DNA of 64,000 nucleotides from Eledone cirrhosa (lineage: Eukaryota), in contig OZ024740.1 in assembly GCA_964016885.1 (NCBI GenBank), positions 324,446,001 to 324,510,000 on the forward strand. Reading direction: 5' to 3'. The first letter of the stretch is position 1. Each line of letters starts with the position of its first letter. Positions 28,068 to 41,855 of this stretch are shown piece by piece. The position numbers were made by a program, and so were the translations under genes. The notes under the pieces are model-generated. The model searched no databases. It saw only the letters and a list, made by a program, of their open reading frames with translations, and was not told the origin of the DNA.

Positions 28068-29194
28068 GGAGGCTTAGTAAAATCGAATCTTTGGCGGTGT
28101 GCAAGCAAATTCGACCTACTATATGAATGAGTTAGCAAAGCACTCGACAAGGTAGGTCCTTAGAGTAATAACGTACGTTTAAATAGCTTGACAAATTGAA
28201 CATTGTGGTAGGCAAAATCTAACACACAATACCAAAGTAACGAAAGAACTAATAGGTTGAGAAAAAATACACATGGACAAATCAAACGTTATACGTTTAA
28301 AGTGTTTCTATGAAAATCCGAAATCAAATATCAGACTTACGTAACTGGCAAGCTCGTGGTACTCATGATCGAACAGAGGATTCATTTCATTAACAGGATT
28401 TCGTTCTACCAAAGAACGGGGTGACATACTAAATGTTGCAGCTAGCAGCAGCGAATCGGATTTGTAGTTGCCACGTGTTATTTCCAACAAGGGAAATAAC
28501 CCCCGGTTTTTGGCGGGTCATTCAAAGTGTTAGACAAAGGAAATATAATTTCCGCTAACTTTCAGAATAAGCTCTCGACCAGATGTTAGATAGATAGATA
28601 GATGTGCGGCGGTGTGTCTGTGTCTGTGTGTAAGTATGTATATAAATACACTCACATATATACACACACACATACATTCACAAACGCTCAAACATATATG
28701 TATGTATATATTTGTGCGTGTGGTTTTGAGGCAAACGCTATTTACCGCCAGACGTCTATGATATTTTTACTTCCACTATCTTGGCCATTCGTCACATATA
28801 GCAGCAATACAAAAGACACCAATTATACATTTGTTTATACAGAAGATAAGAAATGGTTGTTTGGATTTTAGCCCCCACCCCACCGACGCTAGCATTATTA
28901 TAGAATATCGATCATAAATTTAGCACTAATCGTTAGTAATGGAAGTTAGTGTAAAGCACGTAGCTTTTCTTAACATATCATAGAAGAATTAAAATGGCTG
29001 AAATCAACTTTCCGACATTTTTTTAGTTGATTCAATGAAAGTATAAAGGGGATCGAGAAAAGTAATATAGCAGACAGTATTACGTATTTCTGTTGAAAAA
29101 TCTTATTAGATATACGTAGATATGTCTGACTATCTGTCTGTCTCTCGACCTGTTTAGTTCTCCCCCCTTTATCTATCTAACTCTTCTTCCTTCT

Positions 29195-29311
<117 letters not shown>

Positions 29312-29312
29312 T

Positions 29313-29558
29313 ATGTCACAGAAAAAAAGAGAATCAGTGTTGCGACGAATGGTATTTAGTGGAGATATTATTACAATCGTTCCTCTGGCGATCAGCTCGT
29401 GGCACGATCGATGTGATGATCGAACCTGACTCTGAAAATCGCAAGGGTCTCAGATACGTCTTGATTCTACGAAGCAGATTAGGAAAATCTGCTTCCATTG
29501 TAATATGTCCAATAAATTCCATTCGTCGCAACACGGATTCTCTTTTTTTCTGTGATAT
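29313..29558. repeat. Element bounded by ~40-bp inverted repeats next to (TA)n
   Basis: ATGTCACAGAAAAAAAGAGAATCAGTGTTGCGACGAATGG vs CCATTCGTCGCAACACGGATTCTCTTTTTTTCTGTGATAT. Confidence 0.8.
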
Positions 29559-29674
29559 CATACTCTGCTCATTGAGAGCATCGAGTGCTCAAACGGCCTA
29601 CCGCAAACGGATGCTTTAAGTATCCAACACCTATTATATATATATATATATATATTTATGTATATATATATATG

Positions 29675-29734
<60 letters not shown>

Positions 29735-29786
29735 GTGTCTTGCTCAAGGACAAAACACATGGACCGGGCGCTGCGTTATGTCTTTA

Positions 29787-29917
29787 AGCAAGACACTTTA
29801 TTTCACGTTGCTCCTTCTACCTGGAGTTGCGACCGATAGATAGTATTAGTCACTGGAAAGACCAACGGAAACATTGTTTCCTCAGTCCAATTTGACGAAA
29901 GTCGATCGATTCATTTA
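29787..29917 (+). mobile_element. SINE family 2 3' part
   Basis: Reverse complement of ~31313-31445. Confidence 0.75.
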
Positions 29918-30555
29918 ATATATATATAATATATATATATATTCGCTGATTATATTTGTATTAATATCTCGGGCCTAGCAATTAATTAGTTAATTCAATT
30001 AGATAATTCTATTGACTGATTAATTGCTTAAGTCTATTTAAAAACAACCCGGTCGAGGGCTTACCTCGATTTGTGCATTTATTTGCAATTTTTTGCAAAT
30101 CCTTTACACATTTTGAATGCACCAGCCAAAAACAGGGTTACTTCCCTGCAGGGTAACCACGTGAGGTAGTGGCTTCACTAATACTTCATTTGAATCTGGT
30201 TGGCGGTTGAGAGCAAAAACCTGTTGACAAAGTGTTTGCCTTCTTCGATCAGTATACCAAAATCTTACAACGAAAGCAGACAGTATACTTGATTTAGCAG
30301 TCACAGAAACCTCCCACTGGATTTTACCACCAAGTTCCAGGAAGGTTCAGGTAAAAAAATGTTGTTAACCTGTTTAGCTTACTCGTTTTTTCGGCTGCCT
30401 GGCTTGTCGATCCAGAGCCATTTTTATAATGTGCCTGGTCCTTATAACGTATGTTAATTTCTCTGGCTTCTTTCTAGTCCATTGAGCGCTTGCCGGCATA
30501 TCTCGAAAATTGCGTTTCGTTTTGTTCTGGCAGCCGCCGAAATACGATCTCGCTG

Positions 30556-30608
<53 letters not shown>

Positions 30609-30612
<4 letters not shown>

Positions 30613-31127
30613 AAGATTTCGTTCTACATGGATGAATACAATAAATGTAATCTGAGTTTTTTGAATATTAAAAATAACATTCGAATCGTTTGCAATTTTG
30701 AAAACAAGCCTCAATTTTATAGCCCTGTCAGTAGAATGAACACTTCATTCTTGCTCTTGTGTTGGCATGCGAACAGAACTGCAGACACTAATATTTCTGG
30801 GTATCATCCTTCATCAGTACAGCTCACTGTTCACCTGCCAAACTGTCAGAGCTAGTGAAAATATATGATATTTTCAAAAATACACAGTGACTAATCGGCC
30901 AGATTTGCACATCAGCAGACTGGCCAGTCAGTTTCCTGTATACGAGCGATAAATGGCCGCCTTTACCAAATTAAAATAAAAAAGAAGATTTCGCTCTACA
31001 TGGCTGAATTCAATAAATGTAATCTGAGTTTTTCGAATATTAATAATAACATTCGATTCGTTTGCAATTTTACAAACATGGCTATAAAATTGAGGCTTGT
31101 TTGCAAAATTGCAAACGAATCGAATGT
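30609..31127. repeat. Direct repeat (~100 bp) plus terminal inverted segment, pLTR-like
   Basis: 30609-30705 ~ 30981-31078; 31080-31127 is the reverse complement of 30677-30724. Confidence 0.75.
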
Positions 31128-31134
31128 CAGCAAA

Positions 31135-31275
31135 GAGTTACGGCCCTTTGTGATCTGAGTTCAAATCCCGCCGAGGTTAACTTTGCCTTTCATCCTTACG
31201 GGGTCGATAAAATAAAGTACCAGTAATACACAGGGATAATTGCTGGCCTTGTGCCAAAAGTAGAAACAATTATTA
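31135..31275 (+). mobile_element. SINE family 1 copy (5' truncated)
   Basis: B box GAGTTCAAATCCC, core and GTAGAAACAATT tail. Confidence 0.85.
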
Positions 31276-31312
31276 ATATTCGAAATACTCAGATTATATA
31301 TATATATATATC

Positions 31313-31530
31313 TTAATGAACGATCGACTTTCGTCAAATCCGACCGAGGGAACAATGTTTCCGTTGGTCTTTCCAATTGCTAATACTATCTATCGGTCGC
31401 AACTCCAGGTAGAAGGAACAATGTGAAATAAAGTGTCTTGCTCAAGGACACAACGCATCGCCTGGTCCAGGAATCGAACTCACAACCTTACGATTGCGAA
31501 TCCAATTCTCTAACCATTCAGCCACACGCC
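31313..31530 (-). mobile_element. tRNA-derived SINE family 2 full-length copy
   Basis: Minus strand GGCGTGTGGCTGAATGGTTAGA (A box)..GAGTTCGATTCC (B box)..GTGTCCTTGAGCAAGACACTTTATTTCAC. Confidence 0.85.
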
Positions 31531-31612
<82 letters not shown>

Positions 31613-31858
31613 ACCACAAGAATTTTTGCAAACACCAAGTAGCGCTGGAGCCACTTTTTTAACATAAAAACAGTCTTGGCGCAAAATCAATTTTTTACAT
31701 TCACATGACCTCTACCGGGCAATCAAAATTGTTTTGACCACAAGAATTTTTGCAACACCAAAGTAACGCTGGAGCCACTTTTTTAACATAAAAACAGGTA
31801 GAATTCCCCAAACTAATCAGATCAGAGCAAACAGCACGGACACTCTATCTCAAAATTA

Positions 31859-31896
31859 TTTTTGAAAAGCATTTAGAAATGCGCAACCGGTAAAAA
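31859..31896 (+). ncRNA. U3-A8 variant minimal hammerhead motif (degenerate)
   Basis: TTT-TTGAAAA-GCATTT(AG)AAATGC-GCAA-CCGG-TA-AAAA; GAAA mutated to GCAA. Confidence 0.5.
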
Positions 31897-31967
31897 CTTA
31901 AAACCACAACTGAATACTAACCCATACAATCACTAATACTCTTTTATTCCTACTTAAACCATTTTTC

Positions 31968-32083
<116 letters not shown>

Positions 32084-32888
32084 TACTGTTTCCATTTCAC
32101 AGCTTCCTGTGTCTTGGTCTGTGTTGCCGTGGAGATAAAGTTGCCATGTATATGGTCACAAGCTGGCTATGGTTGCTATGCATGCTTCCATTGTGTCAGA
32201 AAATAGATTCAAGCATACATGCAGACATACATATATATATATACTTACATTCTTATGCACACACATACACACACACCCACACCCACCCACACCCACACCC
32301 ACATATGTATGTATGTATTATGTATGTATGTATGTATGTATATATATGTATGTATATATTTCTTTAAATGTTAATTGGAAATCAGAACGTTTTGACACGA
32401 AAACAATTTTTTCTCTTCTAAATATTCATATCAAATATCACCATGAGCATCGTCATCATCATCATCGTCATCAGCGTTATCATTGTTATCGTCATCATCA
32501 TTGTCATCGTCATTGTCATCATCATCGTCATTGTCATCATCATCATCATCATTATCGTTATCGTCATCATCATTGTCATCATCCTCATCATCATCACCAT
32601 CATCCTCACATCCTCAGCGTCATCATCTTCGTCGTTGTCGTCCTCATCCTTGTAGTTTATAAAGCAATCTCTCCTCCATCATGATAACAAAACAAATTAC
32701 TTTACCATTTTTTCTCTGTTCAGTTTTTCATCATTCTTTTATTTTTCATTCAAGAAGTATTTTGTGGTTATCATTGTTTTAGGGAAGCCGGTAAATAGGG
32801 GAAAATATAACATAAAGGGTCTCTAACTCTTGATGGTTTCATAGTTGCACCGTTCCGATGTACGGCCTGACAGAGCCCATTCATTTCC

Positions 32889-33113
32889 ATGCCGTAATGC
32901 AGTCGATTTCTACGAGAGAGTTGCGGGGAAACAACCCCAGTACTGAACTAATAATTCATATATCCACTTGAAAGTTAACTACGGCGAGATTTAAACTGAG
33001 ATTTAAATGCCGTAATGCAGTCGATTTCTACGAGAGAGTTGGGGGGAAACAACCCCAGTACTGAACTAATAATTCATATATCCACTTGAAAGTTAACTAC
33101 GGCGAGATTTAAA
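32889..33113. repeat. Tandem duplication of ~118 bp
   Basis: ATGCCGTAATGCAGTCGATTTCTACGAG...CGGCGAGATTTAA twice. Confidence 0.9.
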
Positions 33114-33409
33114 ATGAGAGTGCAACCCAACGCCTGACGACTTTAGCAATTGGCCACGTTAGGAAAAACCACTGCAATGTAAATTAGAAATACACAAGTG
33201 AAAACTAGATTAGAGAAAACTAAATCGGACGACATCGAGACTCCTAGACTCCCCTTTCCACCGACGCCACCTTTCCTCCACAAAATCGAAAGGGGGACAT
33301 CTACCTGGACGAGGAAGGTGTCTTCAAGATGAAGAATGACAGACGTAGCGGGTATCGATGGCTTTTCTTCGCGGTACTGTATTAGTAATTTTCTGTGCAG
33401 GGCGCGCAC

Positions 33410-33529
<120 letters not shown>

Positions 33530-33625
33530 TATGTATGTGACGCTTTGATGGTTTGAAATTTAAAATGACGGATTCAGCTTGATAAATCATATGATCTGGC
33601 TATAGCTATTATTATTTGTTTGATT

Positions 33626-33817
33626 GGCGGTGGATTGGCAGTATCGGTAGATGGTTGGATGTCATGCTTTGACGTATAGATTTACGGCCCTTGCCATTCT
33701 GAGTTCAAACCCCGCCGAGGTTAACTTTGCCTTTCATCCTTACGAGGTCGATAAAATAAAGTACCAGTAATGCACTGGGTAATTGCTAGTCTTGTGCCAA
33801 AAGTAGAAACAATTATT
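33626..33817 (+). mobile_element. SINE family 1 full-length copy
   Basis: Head, B box, core and tail all present. Confidence 0.9.
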
Positions 33818-34127
33818 TTTTTGATTCCCACATTTCAAATTGCAAAGCATCGAAGTGCTTCAATAAATGGGTTTACCATTTGCCGATGTTAAGCGACGGT
33901 AAATGTTGATGATTTTTACTGCATGAAATGGTACTGTATAGTGGTTATGAAAATTTAGTGACAATGTAATTATAATACATATTCTGTCTCTACGTTTTCC
34001 TTTTAAATTAATTCGATGGTTTTCTGCAAAATATTAGATATGTGTTTTCCTGTGATATTGTCAGAATGCAAAGCTCCAGCGTTTTGGATATATAACACGA
34101 ATTCTTTCTTAAAGCTGTCTTAGAGCC

Positions 34128-34161
34128 ACATGATCGCTATATACTACATATCGATCTCTTT

Positions 34162-34199
<38 letters not shown>

Positions 34200-34233
34200 A
34201 AAGAGATCGATATGTAGTATATAGCGATCATGT
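34128..34233. repeat. Perfect 106-bp palindrome centred on (AT)17
   Basis: 36-bp unique arms 34128-34163 / 34198-34233 around an AT tract. Confidence 0.95.
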
Positions 34234-34249
34234 ATATATATATATATAC

Positions 34250-34300
<51 letters not shown>

Positions 34301-34401
34301 TCTACTCTAGTTTCCTTCTCGTATGACAAACTTGCATTGTGCCGGTTTTCTCAAAACAATTATAACTATATATCTCATAGTACTTCATATAAACTATAAA
34401 G

Positions 34402-34511
<110 letters not shown>

Positions 34512-35132
34512 CTATTTCTCACCCTCTCCGTTCTCTCTTTTTAATTTATTATTTTCCTCAGAATCTTTGCGTTTAGTATTGTCTTCTGAAACGTTAATTA
34601 TATCTTACTGAGATTTTAAAATTAACGACAGTTAAATAATAAAAATGTTTCTCTTGTTTTGTAATATTATATTGCAGTATTTTTTATTTTCCAACTGAAG
34701 TGTTTCCTTTCAGTTTTGGTGTAATTGGCAATTTGAGAACCAGAGAATCAGCTCTACGCCGTCGACGTGTTATAGAGTGCTAGCATGCGATATCTATAAT
34801 TTGTGTTAAGTTAACCTATATGTATATACGAATTATAACACGAATTGTAGATCTAGCAGAGATTATTTTTAGGAATATTTATATATATATATACAGAGGT
34901 TATATTTAATTTGTTGGGATTCAACAAGCTTAAACATTTTTATAACTGATATAAAGCACTCAACAAGTTAGTGGAGTAAATATACAATATATTAATAAAT
35001 GGAAACTATATTTATAAAACCATAATTATTTTATTATATATATTTCTCAACGGTTGAAATTCGCAGCGAATTTCAACCGTTGAGGTTGTCTTTTTTCCCG
35101 GTATGTCAATATTTATTTATAAAACAAATCCG

Positions 35133-35198
35133 TATTTTTTCTGATGAAAGCGCACCATAATTTACCTTGGTCGCCCTTGAAATATATATAATAAAATA
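35133..35198 (+). ncRNA. Minimal type I hammerhead ribozyme
   Basis: TATTTTTT-CTGATGA-imperfect stem II-GAAA-TATATA-TA-ATAAAATA. Confidence 0.7.
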
Positions 35199-35234
35199 AT
35201 TACGGTCTTATAAATACAGTTTCCATTTATTAAG

Positions 35235-35278
<44 letters not shown>

Positions 35279-35808
35279 TATGTACACGTACATACATATA
35301 TGTATACAGACGTACAGTAGTATGTATATATATATACATACATGCACACATATATATATGTACGTATGGATTCACCGAACATTTATTATAATGCTCGGTG
35401 TGTTTGTAAACAAACATCCCGTATTAAGCCGTAGTGTCCATCAACCATCGTTGCTCGTTTGTTCAACACTGACAAAGGAACGCTGTGCTAGTTTCAAGCT
35501 TATTAGCTATCGTCAGCAACGTACACCTTCCTGCCAGATTGTTGAACGTATATACTTACCTTATGCATATTAACGGCTGAGTAGCCCAATTTGCATATTG
35601 AATGGGTTAAACGGAAAAAATGAAAGGAAATTTCATTTCCAACTCTTAGTACGGTTGTTACTTAAATATAAGTATGTATACGTACATACCTATATGTATA
35701 CAGTCAGTGTTGAACAAACGAGCAACGATGGTTGCTGGACACTACGAGTTGGGAGAACTGGTGTATGATAATGGGGTTTAAATCGTGGTGGTGGCGAGGA
35801 TTAATAAT

Positions 35809-35982
35809 TGTTTCTACTTTTGGCACAAGGCCAGCAATTACCCAGTACATTACTGGTACTTTATTTTATCGACCCCGTAAGGATGAAAGGCAAAGTTAAC
35901 CTCGACGGGATTTGAACTCAGACCGCAAAGGGACTTAACTATGCTGGAAAGCATGGCGTCCGACCCTCTACCGATACTGCTA
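35809..35982 (-). mobile_element. SINE family 1 copy with 12-bp TSD
   Basis: TSD AGGATTAATAAT at 35797 and 35983. Confidence 0.9.
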
Positions 35983-36696
35983 AGGATTAATAATAATAAT
36001 ATTGTAATAGTGAAATTAACAGTAGGGAGAACTAATATTGAAACGATGATGTTCAGGTTGTTGGGGAGGTGTAGACGTTCAATAACTATAATATTGATTT
36101 AATGAGGGAATTGGTTTGGGGGATGATGGCAGCTACACTGCGGTGGTGTTTAGAGGGTTCACTATAAGAGTGTTAATGACTAGAGAAATAACTGGTAGTG
36201 CGATAATGCTGAGGATATGGTGGTATGGGGAGGGGTTACAATCAAGATATTGATGACTTGCGAGAGAACTGGGGTCGGGATAATGAGGTTTTGTTTATGG
36301 TGGTGTTTGGAGAATTAACTATTCTAGTATTGTTCATAACACAAAATAAAAGCAGCGTTTAGGTTGTCGTGATTTTTATAGAATTAATAATATTAATATT
36401 TATAACACACAAGAATATTTGAGTTGTAACAATAAGATTGTATTGTTACTGTTTAGGGGGTTAAAAATAGTATTACGGCCATATTTCTGTCCATTTCAGC
36501 TCAGTTCTTCTCAAAGGTGAAAGGTGAGATTGGAAGGATTTCCACGAAATATACAAACAACATTGTGAACTTCAAAGAAAAAAGAGTGAGGCACACTCAC
36601 TCTCTCTCACATACACATGCACTCACACACACATGCGAAGGCCTGCACACTCAAACACACACACATACATACATACATATATATATATATATGTAC

Positions 36697-36771
<75 letters not shown>

Positions 36772-37254
36772 TGTATGTATTTATATGACTGTATTGATAT
36801 ATTTATGTGTTTAAGTGTACACACGAAATAATAAATATTGAATAGATATAGTAGAGTTGATTTATTCGAACATATATATATACATGTGTGTGTGTGTGTG
36901 TGAGCGTGTGTGTGGTAGGGTGTGTGTGTGTTTGTATGCGTGTATATGTGAGTATATGTTTGTATACGTGTATATGTGTGTGTGTATGTGTATATATATT
37001 TAGATTGAGAGAGCGTATGAGTGGCTATGCATTTATGTATAGCGTGTGATCAAAGTTAAGCTACACACCGGATCATGTGCATGCGATAAGAATTATGGGA
37101 TATATACAAGGACGACGATAAACTATGTAAATAAGGGAGGAAACGAAGTCTTCGTCGTTGGGAGTTTGAAAAGTGGTATATTTCTGAGAGATTTATGTTG
37201 ACACACGTAAAGGATTAAATATATATACCCACTTGTATACACACACACATATAC

Positions 37255-37414
37255 ATAACCCGTAAACACCAGCATGAACAGACACACACATACATACACC
37301 CATACACATACACACACACACACACACACAAGCCCGTAAACACCCGCATGAACAGACGCACACATACATACACATACACACACCCATACACATGCACACA
37401 CACATACATACACC

Positions 37415-37450
<36 letters not shown>

Positions 37451-37860
37451 AGCCCGTAAACACCCGCATGAACAGACACACACATACATACACATACACA
37501 CACCCATACACATGCACACACACACACACAAGCCCGTAAACACTCGCATGAAGAGACACACACATACATACACCCGTACACATGCACACACACACACACA
37601 CACACAAGCCCGTAAACACCCGCATGAAGAGACACACACATACATACACCCATACACATGCACACACACACACACACAAGCCCGTAAACACCCGCATGAA
37701 CAGACACACACATACATACACATACATACACCCATACATATGCACACACACACACAAGCCCGTAAACACCCGCATGAACAGACACACACATACATACATC
37801 CATACACATGCACACACACACACACAAGCCCGTAAACACTCACATGAACAAACACACACA
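37255..37860. repeat. Minisatellite: ~8 copies of AGCCCGTAAACACCCGCATGAACAGAC separated by CA-rich spacers
   Basis: Units near 37260, 37331, 37451, 37531, 37607, 37679, 37757, 37827. Confidence 0.9.
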
Positions 37861-37880
37861 CACACACACACACACACATG

Positions 37881-37918
<38 letters not shown>

Positions 37919-38012
37919 ATGTAGGAGGTGAGTTTTATTGTAGTACAATAAAGCAATGCAGATATCGGATAAGAAGCACTCTACAGTTGTAGGACTGGAG
38001 TATACATAATAT

Positions 38013-38969
38013 ACTAGACATGAAAAATGCGCAAGCTCAAAAGTGCCACAGAATGTTATAATAAACCTTCAAAAGTGTGGGACTAGAGTTGTTGCTAAAA
38101 AATATTGTAATCATTATATATCGTACATTCTGTGGCATCCTTTATAAAAATAGCTTAAACCAACGAAGCCTTTATTTTTACGCTATTTCACTTAGTTAAT
38201 TCTTAGAGTGTAACATATAAAAATATGATTTACAACTATAAAATAAATTAATTAATATAATAACAGAGCTGCGGAGCTGAAATTTAGGAAATAATGGAGT
38301 ATCGGATCCTGAGTTGGAGCCAGTCAATTTTTGGCCGACTCCGCAGCCCTGTATAATACATTTCATATTAAAGTTATTAATAAACCTATTTTACACTTCA
38401 TGCAAATTACCACGAGATATTGATATTAGATATAAGATACAGCGCAATATCTACAGCTGTAAAAGTACGAAAGCGAAGTAATAATAAGTGGCTTAAGGTA
38501 ATTCCAATATGAAAGTTTGTAGTGATAAAAATTTGATAATGCAATACGATTGTTAATATTATAGTTCTATGAAAATGTAACAATAGATAACTAAATTATT
38601 TTACTATTAGTATATTTAAGAAATTATCATTATAGATTTGATCGTTCATATAAGCATCATATTAAGTTTCAACACAATTATTTTGTTACTATGAGTATAT
38701 GATAATAATATTACGTAATTATTTATAGCTGTTATTACATTAAACATAGATGTATTTATTTTTATATGTTACACTCTAAGAATTAACTAAGTGAAATAGC
38801 GTAAAAATAAAGGCTTCGTTCGTTTAAGCTATTTTTATAAAGGATGCCACAGAATGTACGATATATAATGATTACAATATTTTTTAGCAACAACTCTAGT
38901 CCCACACTTTTGAAGGTTTATTATAACATTCTGTGGCACTTTTGAGCTTGCGCATTTTTCATGTCTAGT
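38013..38969. mobile_element. Foldback/MITE-like element with ~213-bp terminal inverted repeats
   Basis: 38013-38225 is the reverse complement of 38757-38969 (ACTAGACATG...CATGTCTAGT), nearly identical; AT-rich non-coding interior. Confidence 0.8.
38264..38351. mobile_element. Tiny hAT-like MITE nested in the foldback
   Basis: TIRs CAGAGCTGCGGAG / CTCCGCAGCCCTG; 8-bp flanks TATAATAA / TATAATAC. Confidence 0.65.
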
Positions 38970-39519
38970 TTAATATTTTTTTAAGGCAACGCTTGTAATA
39001 ACTCTAGTTAAACAGGATATATATTAATAATAAATTATCGTTGTAATGTAATTAGATTATGTAATTGTTATAAATTATCTTATAAATATTAGTGTAAGAT
39101 GTATAAAAATATTTTCAGACTTTTAATATAAACAACTACAAAAAACAATCAATATTAAATCAATATATTATACATAATAGAAAACATAAAATATACAATA
39201 CAAAAACAAAATATTTACATACAATTGCAATTATCAGTGTATATACATTTTCTTTATATTCCCTGAGCAAATTAATAAGATTTGTTTTTATTGTACATAA
39301 TTTGATGACTTGTTGGAGTGTATTAAAAGATAGCAACAATTTGTGATTAAATTGTTATCTTAAGCAACTCACTTTTTAATAGTTGTTGGCTGAGCGAAAT
39401 TGTAAAAGCCTATGAGCAAATATAAAAAAAAATACACAAACAACATTTCCTTGTGTTATTACAACATTAGATAAAATAATTGAGCAATGTCGTTATATTT
39501 TGCTCTTATTGCACATTAA

Positions 39520-39689
39520 TAGTGTTTCTATTTTTCGGCACAAATCCATTACGGCAGTCCATTACTGGTACTTTATTTTATCGAATTAGTAAGTATGAAA
39601 GTCGAAGTTAACCTCGGCAGGATTTGAACTTAGAATGCAAAGGACCATAACAATACTGCAAAGCATGGTGTCTGACGCTCTACCAATAC
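39520..39689 (-). mobile_element. SINE family 1 copy (diverged)
   Basis: Core and head recognisable on the minus strand. Confidence 0.75.
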
Positions 39690-40080
39690 TTGTGTTGAGC
39701 TGGTCATTAATTTATGGTGGTCGTGCGTGGAGTAGAGCAATCGCTAGTTGAAATATTATGAACAAAACATTTTTATTTGCCGAAGAACATATTTTCAATA
39801 CTGTTTGTGAATGTGACGAAGGAAATACATTCTGATATGGAACAGTGTACAAAGTGTGTCTGTGAATAACATAATGTTACCTCATGTTGTTGTCAAGACA
39901 TAATGGATTTCGTATATCCAGTTAGAAGATGAAACCTAGCCATCTCGGATTAGTTATATTTCATGCCATGTGTAAACGTGTTTGAGGATAGCAAAATATG
40001 CGCGTTAATTATAATAATTAGTTAATAATATTACAAAATATACCTAATTAAACTCTTTGCTTGAAATTTTATCATTCTTC

Positions 40081-40124
<44 letters not shown>

Positions 40125-41547
40125 GGAGAGAGAGAGAGAGAGGGAGAGAGAGAGAGAGAGAGATTTATCTAGTCCTTCGCTCAAGATTAATCTATAAGTT
40201 TAGATGTTTGCCTTCGTTTAAGTAAATATTACAGTAAGATTTTTAATATAAACAACTACAAAAAACAATTAATATTAAAACGAAAAAATTATCAATGATA
40301 AAAGAAGCGGATGCAACTTTTTTTTTTATAAAGTTATATTCCTGTTTCTTTAAAGAACATTTCATTTTTGTTCTATTGTAGGCGAAATAATGCAATGGTT
40401 TAATAGGGAAGATATAACTTACGAATTATGTCTCTAACCGTGTAACGCTTTTTAAGTAGATAACTACAATTGAAAATACTAAAGAAATGGAACCAACAAT
40501 TCAATTTGAAAGTCGTCTAGTGACAGTGTATTACTGGTACTTTATTTTATCGACCCCGTAACGATGAAAGGCAAAAATGCAAATGCTTAAAATTTAAATT
40601 GCCTTAATTCTATCGTCTGCTGTTTCATTAAAGGGAGATTATCGTCTGTATTTAATTCTATCGTCTACTGTTCCACTAAACAGATATACCTCCACTATCG
40701 TCTCTATTTATACATTTTAACTTATAACTTATACACATTTGATTTGAAATATTTTATCTAGTCCCCCCTCTCAATATTATGATGATTTCTTTCGAATGAA
40801 ACAGTTCTAGTCCTGTAGAAGCCATTTATATATATAATTGAACTGAGTTAAAAATTCACAATATTTATAATTAAATAAGCTCATATATATATGTGTGTAT
40901 TTATCTGTTTATTGTATTATATATAATGTGTGTATATACAGGATGTCCCCCCAAAATATATACACACTTCAACAGCATTCTAATAACTATTGCCTGTACA
41001 GGTAATCAAAGTGTCAATCGAATGTTAGTTTCGTGTTTTAACAGTACAAATTTACAATACACACATAAAACCAGTGTATATACATACATGAGTGTGTATA
41101 CACATACATGAATGTGTATATATATAGACACATATATTCACGGTGCAACGGTACATTAAAATATAGATGCGGGAGAGGGGGGTGTATATATAGGGGCGCT
41201 GGGGATAAAGGAGTGTAAAGCGTGTGTAATTGATATATTGAAGGAGAGGAGCGTGCAGCGATAGAGTAACAAATATATAGAGAGGGGGAGAGATGGTATT
41301 GAAGGGGAGGAGTGCAAAGCGAAAGAGTAAGAGATATATATAGAGACAGAACAGATAGAGAGAAACAGGCGTAAGTAACGGTGGAAGAGATATAGAGAGA
41401 GGTACTCTGATTGGTTGAAAATTAGCCAATGACATACGATCACCACCACCACGGCTATCCCCGAAAAATTTTTAAAGAAGCTAGGCATATATGTTAGAAC
41501 ACGAAAAGTGAACATTCTGTTGTTTCACACTTTTCGTGTTCTAACAG

Positions 41548-41738
41548 ATAAGAACAAAAGATGGTTAAAGGAGTTCCATGTATTTTATTATGCGCATTTC
41601 AAAAACAAATATCATCATGCAATAATATTTATGTTTTCATATCTGATGAAAACACAAATATTATTGCATGATGATATTTGTTTTTGAAATGCGCATAATA
41701 AAATACATGGAACTCCTTTAACCATCTTTTGTTCTTAT
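41548..41738. repeat. ~190-bp fold-back palindrome centred on a hammerhead core
   Basis: Arms are reverse complements; centre 41641-41645 overlaps CTGATGA (41643-41649); right arm has GAAA-TGCGCA-TA-ATAAAATA. Confidence 0.9.
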
Positions 41739-41763
41739 ATTATATATATATATATATCTAGTC

Positions 41764-41799
<36 letters not shown>

Positions 41800-41801
41800 C
41801 A

Positions 41802-41855
<54 letters not shown>

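Noticed and set aside
30790-30825. Antisense hammerhead as a called feature
   Set aside because: Core present but stems I and II pair poorly; kept only as a note in a finding
37255-37860. CRISPR-like regularly spaced 27-bp repeats
   Set aside because: Spacers are near-identical CA-rich low-complexity sequence of variable length, there are no cas genes, and the context is eukaryotic: a minisatellite
40937-41050. TACAGGATGTCCCC Tc1/mariner-like terminus
   Set aside because: No matching second TIR or transposase found
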